64,000 nt of DNA from Verrucomicrobia bacterium UBA3783 (lineage in GTDB: Bacteria > Verrucomicrobiota > Kiritimatiellia > RFP12 > UBA1067). The notes under the pieces were generated by a model. That model was not told the DNA's origin, ran no database searches, and saw nothing but the letters and a program-made list of their open reading frames with translations. A program made the translations under genes and the position numbers. The stretch covers positions 2,762 through 66,761 of the forward strand of contig DFFF01000009.1 in the NCBI GenBank assembly GCA_002369235.1. The letters are read 5' to 3'. Shown in pieces: positions 44,973 to 54,630 of this stretch (within the stretch, counting starts at the first letter, position 1; each line of letters starts with the position of its first letter).

Positions 44973-45659
44973 ATGCGGAAGAAGATAGCGATTGTCTTCT
45001 TCCTCGCGGCGCTGGCAATAGGGATAGAAGCAGTCTACTATTGCCGGCGCCCGGTGCGCTCTACGGCGGTTGTCGAGAGCGCACTTGTCGCATTTGGCGG
45101 CTTGCGGTCGATCGCCGCCGAGATCATCTGGTTCCGGGCGGACAGGCTGCAGGAAGAAGGGCGTTATGTCGAACTCGCGCAATTGGCGCACGCGCTTACG
45201 CTGTCGGAGCCGCATACGCCGGAGGTGTGGTCGTATGCGGCCTGGAATCTCGCTTACAATGTTTCGATCATGATGCCCACGCCGGAGGATCGCTGGCGCT
45301 GGGTGGAGTCGGCAATCGTGCTTCTGCGCGACGATGCACTGCGGCTCAATCCCGGAAACAAGGCGCTCTTGCGCGAGCTCGCCTGGCTTTTCGAATTGAA
45401 ACTGGGGACGGATCTCGACGATGCCGCGGAGGTCTATCGCAGAATCTGGCGCGAGAAGGTTGAAACGGCGGAGAAGATGGACGATTGGGCTTCGCTGGGA
45501 ATGGAAAAGCACAAAATGGCGGAAATCGAGATGCGCTATGGGCTCAAGGATCGCGGCGATCCGTGCTATTCCGCCGTCTATTGGGCGCATCAGGGCGGCA
45601 TAAACGACATTCTCGTCCAGTCGCTGAGGATCTACAGAAAGAACCATCCCGATGGCTGA
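44973..45659 (+). CDS. hypothetical membrane-anchored protein
   Basis: 228 aa with an N-terminal TM segment ([14 protein letters not shown]). No family recognised. Confidence 0.6.
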   Translation: MRKKIAIVFFLAALAIGIEAVYYCRRPVRSTAVVESALVAFGGLRSIAAEIIWFRADRLQEEGRYVELAQLAHALTLSEPHTPEVWSYAAWNLAYNVSIMMPTPEDRWRWVESAIVLLRDDALRLNPGNKALLRELAWLFELKLGTDLDDAAEVYRRIWREKVETAEKMDDWASLGMEKHKMAEIEMRYGLKDRGDPCYSAVYWAHQGGINDILVQSLRIYRKNHPDG

Positions 45660-46632
45660 AGTAAGATTCGAGGGCGTAGGCAAGACGTATGCCGCGGGCG
45701 ACCGGCCTGCGGTGTCGGGCTTCGATCTAACGGTAGGAGACGGCGAGTTTCTCGTACTGGTCGGTCCTTCGGGGTGCGGGAAATCGACTTCGCTCAGGAT
45801 GGTCGCCGGGCTTGAAGAGCCGACCGAAGGGCGGATATTCATCGGGGAAAAAGATGTCACGCATCTGCCGCCCAAGGAACGCGACATCGCGATGGTATTC
45901 CAGAACTACGCGCTTTATCCGCACATGACGGTGAGGGAAAATCTGTCGTTTGCGCTCAAGCTGCGCGGCTATGCCAAGGCTGAGATCAAGCGCCGGGTCG
46001 ATGACGCGGCGGCGGCGCTGGGGCTTGGAGAATACATGGAGCGGCTTCCCAAAGCGCTTTCCGGGGGGCAGCGTCAGCGTGTCGCGCTGGGGAGGGCGAT
46101 CGTGCGCGAGCCGGCGGTGTTTCTGTTCGACGAGCCGCTTTCGAATCTCGACGCGAAAATGCGCGTGGAAATGCGCGCGGAGATAATCCGTCTCCACAAC
46201 CGGCTGGGCGCGACGATGATTTACGTGACGCACGACCAGACCGAGGCGATGACCATGGGCGAGCGGATTGTCGTGATGAAGGACGGGCGCATACAGCAAA
46301 TCGCCGCGCCGATGGAACTTTACGAGCGTCCGGCGAATCCATTCGTGGCGTCATTCATCGGCACGCCGCCGATGAACCTCATCAAACAGCCGGACGGACG
46401 CACGCTGGGCATCCGCCCTGAAAATGTCAAGATCAAGGCCGCTACGGACGCCGAGTCCCCTAATCCGCAGGTGCCGGTCTACACGGTCGATTTCATCGAA
46501 CCGCTCGGGCCTGAAACGCTAGTCCATCTCGCCCCTGGTGGAATCATCGTGCGGCAAGGCGGGTTTGCGGATATTGCGCCGGGCGCCAGGGTGACGCTGG
46601 ACTTCAATCTAGAAAAGGCGGTTTGGTTTTGA
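45652..46632 (+). CDS. ABC transporter ATP-binding protein (MalK/UgpC-type)
   Basis: Walker [10 protein letters not shown], signature LSGGQRQR, Walker [13 protein letters not shown]-terminal MalK-like regulatory domain. Confidence 0.85.
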   Translation: MAEVRFEGVGKTYAAGDRPAVSGFDLTVGDGEFLVLVGPSGCGKSTSLRMVAGLEEPTEGRIFIGEKDVTHLPPKERDIAMVFQNYALYPHMTVRENLSFALKLRGYAKAEIKRRVDDAAAALGLGEYMERLPKALSGGQRQRVALGRAIVREPAVFLFDEPLSNLDAKMRVEMRAEIIRLHNRLGATMIYVTHDQTEAMTMGERIVVMKDGRIQQIAAPMELYERPANPFVASFIGTPPMNLIKQPDGRTLGIRPENVKIKAATDAESPNPQVPVYTVDFIEPLGPETLVHLAPGGIIVRQGGFADIAPGARVTLDFNLEKAVWF

Positions 46633-46676
46633 AATCCTCCAGAAGCGAGAGGCGAGAACGGAAACGGAGTTGATAT

Positions 46677-47441
46677 ATGCTGGAAGTGACGGTACTTAGC
46701 ATCGTGCAGGGGATTGCGGAGTTTCTCCCGATTTCGAGTTCCGGCCATCTGGTCATAGTGTCGCATTTCCTCGACACTGGCGACACGGGGATGGTGCTTG
46801 ACCTGTTTCTGCATTTTGGGACGCTGATCGCGGTTTTGATCTACTACTTTGCATCGGTGAGGCGCATTTTGCGCGAGCGCGACGCGATGTATGTTTTGAA
46901 GATTCTGGTTTCGTCGGTGCCGGCGATAGTGGTGTATGCGCTTTTCAAACGTCAGATAGACGGAGCTTTCGAAGATCCGCACACGGTGGGGGCGGCGCTG
47001 ATGTTCACTGGCGCCATCTTGCTGATTACGAAGTACATCCCGTCCGGCGGCGGCAAGGAGGTGTCTCTTTTCCGTGCGTTTCTGATGGGCGTGGCGCAGG
47101 CGCTCGCAATCTTGCCGGGCGTCAGCCGCTCCGGAATGACGATTACCGCGGCTCGCGCCGGCAAAGTGGATCCTGCTAGGGCGGCGGAATTCTCGTTTTT
47201 GATGTCGGCTCCGCTCATCGTGGGCGGATGTTTGTTGAAATTCCTTGAAATGATGGACAAGCCGAGGCTCGCGTTTCTTGGCGAGGTTTCGCTTGGCGAG
47301 GCGATTTACGGCGTCGTCGTGTCGTGCATCGTGGGGCTTGGTTCGCTCGTGGTATTGGAGAAAATCCTCAAAGGGCGCAAGTTCTGGTATTTCGGCCCTT
47401 ACTGCATTATCGCTGGACTTTTGATCCTATTTTTGATATAA
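46677..47441 (+). CDS. uppP: undecaprenyl-diphosphate phosphatase
   Basis: 254 aa with GIAEFLPISSSGHL and PGVSRSG motifs. Confidence 0.9.
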   Translation: MLEVTVLSIVQGIAEFLPISSSGHLVIVSHFLDTGDTGMVLDLFLHFGTLIAVLIYYFASVRRILRERDAMYVLKILVSSVPAIVVYALFKRQIDGAFEDPHTVGAALMFTGAILLITKYIPSGGGKEVSLFRAFLMGVAQALAILPGVSRSGMTITAARAGKVDPARAAEFSFLMSAPLIVGGCLLKFLEMMDKPRLAFLGEVSLGEAIYGVVVSCIVGLGSLVVLEKILKGRKFWYFGPYCIIAGLLILFLI

Positions 47442-47442
47442 T
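47414..47442 (+). promoter_or_regulatory. sigma-70-type promoter of secDF (inside the uppP 3' end)
   Basis: TGGACT-17 nt-TGaTATAATatgcgaca. A 16-nt identity with the tRNA-cluster promoter. Confidence 0.55.
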
Positions 47443-47483
47443 ATGCGACAATAATTTGTTCTCAAAAGAAGGTTGACAGAAAT

Positions 47484-50045
47484 ATGGCAAAGGAAAATGT
47501 CGTCCGGAATAACATCTGGAAGTGGTTGGTCCTTGGACTGATCGCGATGGTCTCTATCTATGTGGTGAATCCGCCGTCGGAGAAATTGAGATTCGGGCTC
47601 GATCTCAAGGGCGGCACTTCGTTTACGCTGGGAGTGGATACGGACAAACTCGCGGAGTCGATTGTCGCGGCGAATCCCGCAATCACCAATACTCCCGGCG
47701 CGGTGGAGGCGAAGATCGCCGAGACGCTCGAAGGCTGCGACGAGCGCGTAATCCAGGTGATCCGCCGCCGCGTGGACGGCATGGGCACGAACGAGCCGGT
47801 TATTCAGGGAATGAAGGACCACCGCCTGCTCGTCCAGCTTCCCGGCGTCGATGAAGAAGTTCGCAAGGCGGCGAAGGCGTCGTTGCAGTCGGCCGCATTC
47901 CTCGAATTCCGTTTGACGCATCCGAAGAACCAGGAGCTCATCGCCAAGCTGCTTTCCAAGGAAGTCGCGCCCGAAGGTTATGTGAAGCGCGGCAATGGCT
48001 ATGCACGCGCGGAGAACTGGGCCGAGGTCGCCAAGGTTCCCGGCTATTCGGCGCGGCTTGCGGCGTTCGAGACGCCCGATGCGCGCTATCGCTTCATGCT
48101 GGAAGACAATGGCGACGGCACCTATGCGCCCAACTTCGTCTCCCGCACCACCGAACTTACGGGCGATTCGCTCGTCAAGGCGGCGGTGCAGCGCGATCCT
48201 ACCTCCGGTTCGCTTTCGATCGCCTTCGAACTCAATGCCGAGGGCGGCCGCAAGTTTGCGACTTTGACGCGCAACTACAAAGCCGGCGGCCCCAAGAACC
48301 ATACTGGGCGCGGACGCGAACTCGCGATCATCCTCGACGAAACGCTCATCTCCGCTCCGGTGATCAATTCCGAGATTTCCACGCGCGGTGAAATCACCGG
48401 CCGCTTCGACGCCCGCAGCGCACAGAAACTCGCCAACGAGCTTAACGCCGGCGCCTTGCCCGCTCCGCTCAAGATTCTCGCTGAGACGACAGTCGCGCCC
48501 ACCGTGGGCGAAGACGCCATCCACGCCGGCATGATCGCAGCCGTGATGGGCTTCGTGCTCGTGGCGATCTTCATGTTCATCTACTATTGGTATCTCGGTC
48601 TCGTGGCGGACGTGGCGCTCTTCCTTGATATTGCGCTTCTGCCTACCGCGCTGGTGCTCGTTGCCAATATGCTCGGCGTCTTCGCGCACGATCCTTCCAT
48701 GGGCGGCGGCGGCTCGATGCAGCTCCCGGTGCTCACGATGCCCGGTATTGCCGGCCTTGTCCTCTCGCTTGGCATGGCGGTGGATGCCAACGTGCTCATT
48801 TTCGAGCGCATCCGCGAAGAGTTCGCGAAGTCGACGACTGCCGGCAAGGCGATCGCCAACGGCTACGGCCGCGCTTTCACTGCGATCTTCGACTCCAACC
48901 TCACTACGATTTTGACCGGCATCATTCTCTTTGTGGTCGGCACCGGTCCCGTGCGCGGCTTTGCAATCACGCTCGTCGCAGGCGTCGTGATCTCCATGTT
49001 CACCGCCGTAGTCGTGACACGTCTCATTCTCGATCATGTAGTCAAGCCTGATTCGGCCAAGCCGTTCAAGATGCTCAGGCTCTTTGCGGAACCCAAGTTC
49101 AAGTTCAGCAAGTATTCGAAGAAGGCGTTGATCGGCTCGGCGTCGATCATTGTCGTGACGCTCGCGATCTTCGCCATCCGGGTTTGCGTGAACCGCGCCT
49201 CGGTGCTTGCGGTCGATTTGACGGGCGGCACTTCGATCGTCTACGACCTCGCGCAGGACAAGCTTCCCGAGGTCAAGGATGTGCGCGCCGCGCTCAATGA
49301 CTTCGACAACGCGACCGTGATCCAGTATCAGCGCGGAGTCGGCGATACCACGCTCCTCGTCAAGACGGGCGAGACCGCCGAGACCGCCAAGGGCTCCAAG
49401 CTCGAGAACAAGGATGTCGGCGCATATATCACGAAACTCCTTCAGGAGAAGTTCCCGGAGGCGCAGTTCAAGGCGGCGTCGGTCGATGAAGTCGGCTCCA
49501 TGGTCGGCGCGGATCTCAAGAAGTCCGGCACTTGCGCAGTGCTGTTCTCAATCGTGGCAATTCTCATCTATGTCGCGTTCCGCTTCGAGTTCGGGTTCGG
49601 CCTCGGTGCAATCGTGGCGCTTGCGCACGACGCGTTGATCACGCTTGGCCTCTTCTCGCTGTGCGGCCGTCAGGTTTCGCTCATTGTGGTGACGGCGTTG
49701 CTGACGATCATCGGCTACTCCGTGAACGATACGATCGTCGTGTTCGACCGCATCCGCGAAAAGTGCCGCTACAACCGCAATCCCAAGGCCGTGCTCAAGG
49801 ATGTCTGCGACGAGTCGATCAACCAGTGCCTCTCTCGCACGGTGATCACCTCGGTGACCACGCTCTTTGCGATTCTCGCGCTCTTTGCGTTCGGCGACGG
49901 CTCGATCTTCGATTTCGCGCTGGCGATGCTCATTGGCGTCGTGGCGGGCACCTTCTCGTCGATCTTCATCGCAACGCCGGTGATGGTGTGGTGGTTCAAG
50001 GGCAAGATGCCCGAGTTCGCCGCCGAAGAAAAGAAGGGCGAGTAA
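47484..50045 (+). CDS. secDF: protein translocase subunit SecDF (fused)
   Basis: 853 aa. A SecD periplasmic domain plus 6 TM segments, followed by a SecF-like second 6-TM half (YSVNDTIVVFDRIRE). Confidence 0.9.
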   Translation: MAKENVVRNNIWKWLVLGLIAMVSIYVVNPPSEKLRFGLDLKGGTSFTLGVDTDKLAESIVAANPAITNTPGAVEAKIAETLEGCDERVIQVIRRRVDGMGTNEPVIQGMKDHRLLVQLPGVDEEVRKAAKASLQSAAFLEFRLTHPKNQELIAKLLSKEVAPEGYVKRGNGYARAENWAEVAKVPGYSARLAAFETPDARYRFMLEDNGDGTYAPNFVSRTTELTGDSLVKAAVQRDPTSGSLSIAFELNAEGGRKFATLTRNYKAGGPKNHTGRGRELAIILDETLISAPVINSEISTRGEITGRFDARSAQKLANELNAGALPAPLKILAETTVAPTVGEDAIHAGMIAAVMGFVLVAIFMFIYYWYLGLVADVALFLDIALLPTALVLVANMLGVFAHDPSMGGGGSMQLPVLTMPGIAGLVLSLGMAVDANVLIFERIREEFAKSTTAGKAIANGYGRAFTAIFDSNLTTILTGIILFVVGTGPVRGFAITLVAGVVISMFTAVVVTRLILDHVVKPDSAKPFKMLRLFAEPKFKFSKYSKKALIGSASIIVVTLAIFAIRVCVNRASVLAVDLTGGTSIVYDLAQDKLPEVKDVRAALNDFDNATVIQYQRGVGDTTLLVKTGETAETAKGSKLENKDVGAYITKLLQEKFPEAQFKAASVDEVGSMVGADLKKSGTCAVLFSIVAILIYVAFRFEFGFGLGAIVALAHDALITLGLFSLCGRQVSLIVVTALLTIIGYSVNDTIVVFDRIREKCRYNRNPKAVLKDVCDESINQCLSRTVITSVTTLFAILALFAFGDGSIFDFALAMLIGVVAGTFSSIFIATPVMVWWFKGKMPEFAAEEKKGE

Positions 50046-50049
50046 GCGC

Positions 50050-51186
50050 TTGGAAGAGGCGAAGGAAAAACTCATCGAGACGGAAGAAGTCCGGCAGCAG
50101 ATTGCCGGGCTTCGGGATCGTGTCGCGCAGATGGCCGACTACATCAAGATCGACGGACGGCGCGAGCGGCTTGCGGAACTTGAAGCGAAGCAGGCGGGGG
50201 GAGATTTCTGGAACGACCAGAATGCCGCCAGGAAAGTCATCGAAGAGACGAACGCCGAGCGCGCATACGTCGTTCCCTACGACCAGCTCTTGAAGTCGGT
50301 GGAAGATGCCGGCGTCATGCTTGAGCTTGCCGAGATGGAGGAAGGCGCGTCGCAGCAGCAGGCCTTGAAGGATACGCTCGGCGAATGCGCCAAGGCTGAG
50401 GAATTCTTCGCCAAACTGCGCATGCAGAGTCTCCTTGGCGGCAAGTTCGACGCCTGCAACGTATTCGTCAAACTGCACGCCGGACAGGGCGGCACCGAGG
50501 CCTGCGACTGGGTTTCGATGCTCTACCGCATGTACAAGCGCTACGCGGAAGATCAAGGATGGAAGGTTGAAGAATACGACATTCAGCCCGGTGAAGAAGC
50601 AGGCATCAAGGATGTCTATTTCAAGATTGAAGGGCCGTATGCGTTCGGCATGCTCAAGGCCGAGCGCGGCATCCACCGGCTCGTGCGCATTTCGCCGTTC
50701 GACGCCAACAAGCGGCGGCAGACTTCCTTTGCGTCGGTCGAGACGATTGCCGAGATCAACGACGATATCGATGTGGAAATCAAGGATGAGGATTTGCGCA
50801 TCGATACCTACCGCTCCGGCGGCGCCGGCGGCCAGCATGTCAACAAGACCGATTCCGCCGTGCGCCTCACGCATTTGCCCACGGGCATAGTCGTCGCGTG
50901 CCAGAAGGAGCGGTCTCAGCATATGAACAAAGAGAAGGCCATGAACATGCTCAAGGCCCAGCTCTACGAATACTACGAAGACCAGAAGAAGGCCGAGATG
51001 GACCGCTTCTACGGCGCGAAGTCCGCCAACGGCTGGGGTTCGCAGATCCGTTCATACGTATTCTGTCCCTACACGCAGGTCAAGGACTTGCGCACCGAGT
51101 GCGAGACGAGCGATGTCAATGGCGTCATGGACGGCCACCTCCAGCCGTTCATAGAGTCGTGGTTGCAGATGAAGGCTGCGAACTGA
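50050..51186 (+). CDS. prfB: peptide chain release factor 2 (no programmed frameshift)
   Basis: SPF tripeptide (RISPFDA) and the GGQ motif (SGGAGGQHVNKTDSAVR). The frame is continuous through the region where E. coli prfB shifts. The TTG start is tentative. Confidence 0.85.
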   Translation: MEEAKEKLIETEEVRQQIAGLRDRVAQMADYIKIDGRRERLAELEAKQAGGDFWNDQNAARKVIEETNAERAYVVPYDQLLKSVEDAGVMLELAEMEEGASQQQALKDTLGECAKAEEFFAKLRMQSLLGGKFDACNVFVKLHAGQGGTEACDWVSMLYRMYKRYAEDQGWKVEEYDIQPGEEAGIKDVYFKIEGPYAFGMLKAERGIHRLVRISPFDANKRRQTSFASVETIAEINDDIDVEIKDEDLRIDTYRSGGAGGQHVNKTDSAVRLTHLPTGIVVACQKERSQHMNKEKAMNMLKAQLYEYYEDQKKAEMDRFYGAKSANGWGSQIRSYVFCPYTQVKDLRTECETSDVNGVMDGHLQPFIESWLQMKAAN

Positions 51187-51536
51187 TGCCTTGGTTCGCA
51201 GGCGAGAAGTGTCCGGAGTACGGATTGAAAAGTCGCGGCAAGTTCGCGACTTTTTCTTCGGCGATAGTGGCGGCGGGCAAGGCGTTGGAGCGCGAGTGGA
51301 GCGGCGGCGAATTCGACAGGACGGTCGAGCAGAATTTCAAGATCCTCTTCCCCGATATCCCGGCCTGGCCGGGCAGGTATGACGAAAAGACCGGTTATTT
51401 CGATATTTTTGTGAAGAATCCGGCCGCAATGTTCATGATTAAACCTCAGTTGCGCAAAATAACCGCCGCGCTCAAGAAACTCCCCGGCTGCCCGAAAGTG
51501 TTCAAGCCGGTTCTGCAAATCTACATTAAAAGATGA
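51186..51536 (+). CDS. DUF721/DciA-like small protein
   Basis: 116 aa. Start MPWFAGEK at a TGATG junction with prfB. The tail YFDIFVKNPAAMFMIKPQLRKITAALKKLPG resembles DUF721 family proteins, from my memory of the family. Confidence 0.5.
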   Translation: MPWFAGEKCPEYGLKSRGKFATFSSAIVAAGKALEREWSGGEFDRTVEQNFKILFPDIPAWPGRYDEKTGYFDIFVKNPAAMFMIKPQLRKITAALKKLPGCPKVFKPVLQIYIKR

Positions 51537-52966
51537 TCGCGCTTCTCTTGTTCGCCGCCGTTTTCACCCGCCCCTTGGAGCGGGTCACTACGCTCGATCC
51601 GGCGATGGCGCAGTCGGTTTACGATTGCCGTGCGACGATGCTGCTTTTCGAGAGCATCCTCAAAATCGATTACGCCGCCAGACCTTACAAACTTGTTCCC
51701 GGAATCTGCGAACTCCCGGAGATAAGCGAAGACGGGCTAGTCTACAGCTTCAAAGTCGCAGCCGGCAGCAAAGATCTCGTTTCGCCCGGCGACATCGTGC
51801 GCAGCCTTGGCCGTCTGCGCGATCCGGCAATCGTCTCGCCGAACGGCTGGATCTTGAAGGAAGTGGAAGATATCGTGGCGGCGGACGATTCTTTTTCGGT
51901 GCGGCTGAAGCGGCCTCAGCATGTTTTTCCGTGGCTCATGGCGATGCCGTGCGCGAGCGTGATTCTGCCGGACGGCACCGGCACCGGACCTTACAGGCTT
52001 GAATCGTGGCGGAAAAACCACGAAATGACTTTTGTGCGCAAAGTCCCGTCTCCGGGCGGATTCGACACGGTGCGCTATCTGGTCGTGGACGATCCTTCCA
52101 CGCAGTGGCTCATGTTCCTCAAAGGCGAGATCGATATGCTCGGCGAAATCGGGCGCGACAATTGGGATGCGGTAGTAGACAAAGACGGCGAACTCGATCG
52201 CCGGCTTGCCGACGAAGGAGTGCGGCTTTGTTCGATGCCCACCTTGGAGAGCATGTATATCGGAATCAACATGAAAGATCCGGTTTTGGGCGGAAACCGC
52301 AAATTGCGTCAGGCGCTGAATTGCGCTTTCAATTATCCGGAGTGGGAGAAGTTCTATCAGAACCGGGTAATCGAGGCGCGCTCTCCCGTGCCGCCGCAGG
52401 TAGAAGGCGCGATTGCCGAACCTTTTGCGTATTCATACAATCCGGAAAAAGCGAAGCGGCTCCTTGCCGAGGCTGGATATCCGGATGGAATCGATCCTGA
52501 AACCGGGCGGCGTTTGACGCTCACGCTGGCGATTGGCCGCGCCTCGCAGGATTCGCGCGAAGCCGGAGAATTGCTCGTCGCGTTCTTTGATGCCATAGGG
52601 ATAAAGCTTGAATTGAAATTCTACACGTGGGATGCGTTTTTGAAGGCGGTCAACGAAGGACGTGTTCAGCTTTACCGGATGGGCTGGGTTGGCGACTATC
52701 CCGATGCCGAGAATTTCCTGCAGCTTTTCCATTCTCGCAATGTTTCCCCCGGTCCCAACCATTCGGCATACGAAAATCACGAATTCGATGCCGCTTTCGA
52801 TGCCGGCGACTATCGCAAGTGTCAGGAAATCGTCCGCGAGGATTGTCCGTGGATTTTCACGCATTTCAACAAGGCCAATTCGCTCGTGCGCAGAAGGGTG
52901 GGCAATTACATTCCGAGCGATTTCCCATACGGTCAGGAGCAGTATTATGAGCACATTGACGATTGA
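51533..52966 (+). CDS. ABC transporter substrate-binding protein (family 5, peptide/nickel type)
   Basis: 477 aa. ATGA overlap. Family-5 SBP-like motifs (YRMGWVGDYPDAENFL). Confidence 0.78.
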   Translation: MIALLLFAAVFTRPLERVTTLDPAMAQSVYDCRATMLLFESILKIDYAARPYKLVPGICELPEISEDGLVYSFKVAAGSKDLVSPGDIVRSLGRLRDPAIVSPNGWILKEVEDIVAADDSFSVRLKRPQHVFPWLMAMPCASVILPDGTGTGPYRLESWRKNHEMTFVRKVPSPGGFDTVRYLVVDDPSTQWLMFLKGEIDMLGEIGRDNWDAVVDKDGELDRRLADEGVRLCSMPTLESMYIGINMKDPVLGGNRKLRQALNCAFNYPEWEKFYQNRVIEARSPVPPQVEGAIAEPFAYSYNPEKAKRLLAEAGYPDGIDPETGRRLTLTLAIGRASQDSREAGELLVAFFDAIGIKLELKFYTWDAFLKAVNEGRVQLYRMGWVGDYPDAENFLQLFHSRNVSPGPNHSAYENHEFDAAFDAGDYRKCQEIVREDCPWIFTHFNKANSLVRRRVGNYIPSDFPYGQEQYYEHIDD

Positions 52967-53504
52967 AAGGTCGGTTATCGATTTTGCGGAGAGTCGCAAT
53001 GGCGCATGGCTCGAGCGCCTCAAGGCGGAGAATCCAGATCTGGAGTCGGGGGCGATCGACCGGATAATTGTCGGCGTCGGCCCCGGTTCGTTCGCTGGCA
53101 TTCGCGCGGCGATTGCGTTCGCGCAAGGCTATGCGCTCGGCAAGGCGTGTGAAGTTTTGGGGCTCACTAGTGCCGCCGCGCTGGCGAAAGAAGGCGAGGC
53201 GGTTGCCGTTGTCGGCGATGCCCGGCAAGGGAAGATGTGGATTGCGCTCTTTGATTCGTTCAATCTGGTCGCGCCTGTCTTCCAGGTCGCCGCCGAGGAT
53301 GTGGAAAAGCGCGTTCCGCGCAACATGAAGGTAGTCTCGCCAGATCATTCGCGAATTGGCGAAGCGCTGAAGGAAGCATTCGGCGAACGCTATGCGGGCG
53401 AAGCGATTCCGTCGGCTGCCGGACTTGCGGCGGCAGCGGCGGCGAATCCGTCCTTGCTTGCGCCAGATCCTCGCCCGATTTATCTCAATCCCGCCGTCCG
53501 GTAG
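52947..53504 (+). CDS. tsaB: tRNA threonylcarbamoyladenosine biosynthesis protein TsaB
   Basis: Start MSTLTIERS at 52947. IIVGVGPGSFAGIRAAIAFAQG motif. The ORF-track start 52662 is an over-extension. Confidence 0.8.
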   Translation: MSTLTIERSVIDFAESRNGAWLERLKAENPDLESGAIDRIIVGVGPGSFAGIRAAIAFAQGYALGKACEVLGLTSAAALAKEGEAVAVVGDARQGKMWIALFDSFNLVAPVFQVAAEDVEKRVPRNMKVVSPDHSRIGEALKEAFGERYAGEAIPSAAGLAAAAAANPSLLAPDPRPIYLNPAVR

Positions 53505-53607
53505 GCAGGGCGGCTTCGACATGTCCGCCGTCTTGTCCTCCGTAGCATTGGCGCGGGATGATGAGCCCGCCGCTGGGTATGGCGGCTTCCATATATCGCT
53601 TCGGGAC

Positions 53608-53636
53608 TTGCGGATAACGGCAAAAAATGATATAAT
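53608..53636 (+). promoter_or_regulatory. sigma-70-type promoter
   Basis: TTGCGG-17 nt-TGaTATAAT. The -10 ends 11 nt before ATG 53648, giving a very short leader. Confidence 0.55.
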
Positions 53637-53647
53637 ATAAGGACAAA

Positions 53648-54601
53648 ATGGAGAAAATTATGAGCAAGATTTTGACGACTGCCGCCATTGTGCTATTTGT
53701 GTGCGGCACGGAGGCTTTTGCGGCTGATGACGAAGGTGTTGTGCGTCGCAGGCGCAATGGTCCGAGCATCCTCGAACTCGCGTTTGCCGAGCAGAACCAA
53801 GACGAGGTCGACAGTGCCCTGGCGGAGTTGGAAGGAGAAGGCACAGTGGAGGATGCGCAAGGGAAGAGGCCCGAAGAAGAAGCGAGAAGCGAGAAGGTGG
53901 AAGTCGTGACCAATGTAGAAGTCGTGACCAATGTCATCGAGAAAATCATCGAGGTTGAGAAGCCGGTGGTGGTGACGAATACTATTGAGCGCATAGTGGA
54001 GCGGCAGGTCGCGGACAAGGACATGCAGGATCGCGTCGATTTTGTCGAAGCGGTGAACACGGATCTTTCGGAGCGCAACGAGCGGCTTGAGGAAGCGTTG
54101 AAGATCGAGCGCGAGCGGCGTGAGCGGTTGGAGCGGATCATTCCCAAGAATAGACTTCCAAAGACCGGCAGACCGGCGAAAATCACGTCGGCGAACACTT
54201 TCTTCGACCGCAAAGAGGGCGTTGCGATGTTCGATCGCAATGTGCATGTGGACGACGAGTCCTATCAGATGTGGGCCGATAAAGCGTATGTTTTCATGGA
54301 AGGCACGAACGATGTGCGCAGGATCGTGGCGATCGGTAATGTGGCGCTGACGAACGAAGCGCGCCGGGCATACGGCACCAAGGCGAGTTATTATAAGGAA
54401 GGCGGCATGGTCGTTCTCTATGGTGATGCGGAGCGTCCTGCGGAGGTGCGCGATGAATCCAAGATCGAGGATCAGACGGTGAAGGGATCCAAGATAAAGT
54501 TCTGGATAGACTCCGAACAGGTGCAGGTGATCGACGCCGACATTTCCGCGCCCGTTCAGGGCGGCAGTGCCAAAGATTTCAAGCAAGTGCTTGGGCGCTA
54601 A
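53648..54601 (+). CDS. LptA/OstA-like periplasmic protein with an N-terminal acidic coiled-coil extension
   Basis: Signal peptide (ILTTAAIVLFVCGTEAFA). The C-terminal 150 aa has the OstA-like pattern (ITSANTFFDRKEGVAMFDRNVHV ... AIGNVALT ... VVLYGDA). An internal 18-bp tandem duplication lies at 53900-53935. Confidence 0.55.
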   Translation: MEKIMSKILTTAAIVLFVCGTEAFAADDEGVVRRRRNGPSILELAFAEQNQDEVDSALAELEGEGTVEDAQGKRPEEEARSEKVEVVTNVEVVTNVIEKIIEVEKPVVVTNTIERIVERQVADKDMQDRVDFVEAVNTDLSERNERLEEALKIERERRERLERIIPKNRLPKTGRPAKITSANTFFDRKEGVAMFDRNVHVDDESYQMWADKAYVFMEGTNDVRRIVAIGNVALTNEARRAYGTKASYYKEGGMVVLYGDAERPAEVRDESKIEDQTVKGSKIKFWIDSEQVQVIDADISAPVQGGSAKDFKQVLGR

Positions 54602-54630
54602 AACAACAACCCCAGGAAAGGAAACCAAAG

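Noticed and set aside
50050-50160. A programmed +1 frameshift in prfB.
   Set aside because: The frame is continuous from the start through ...AQMADYIKIDGRRERL..., and there is no CTT TGA C slippery or stop site. This RF2 is encoded without frameshifting.
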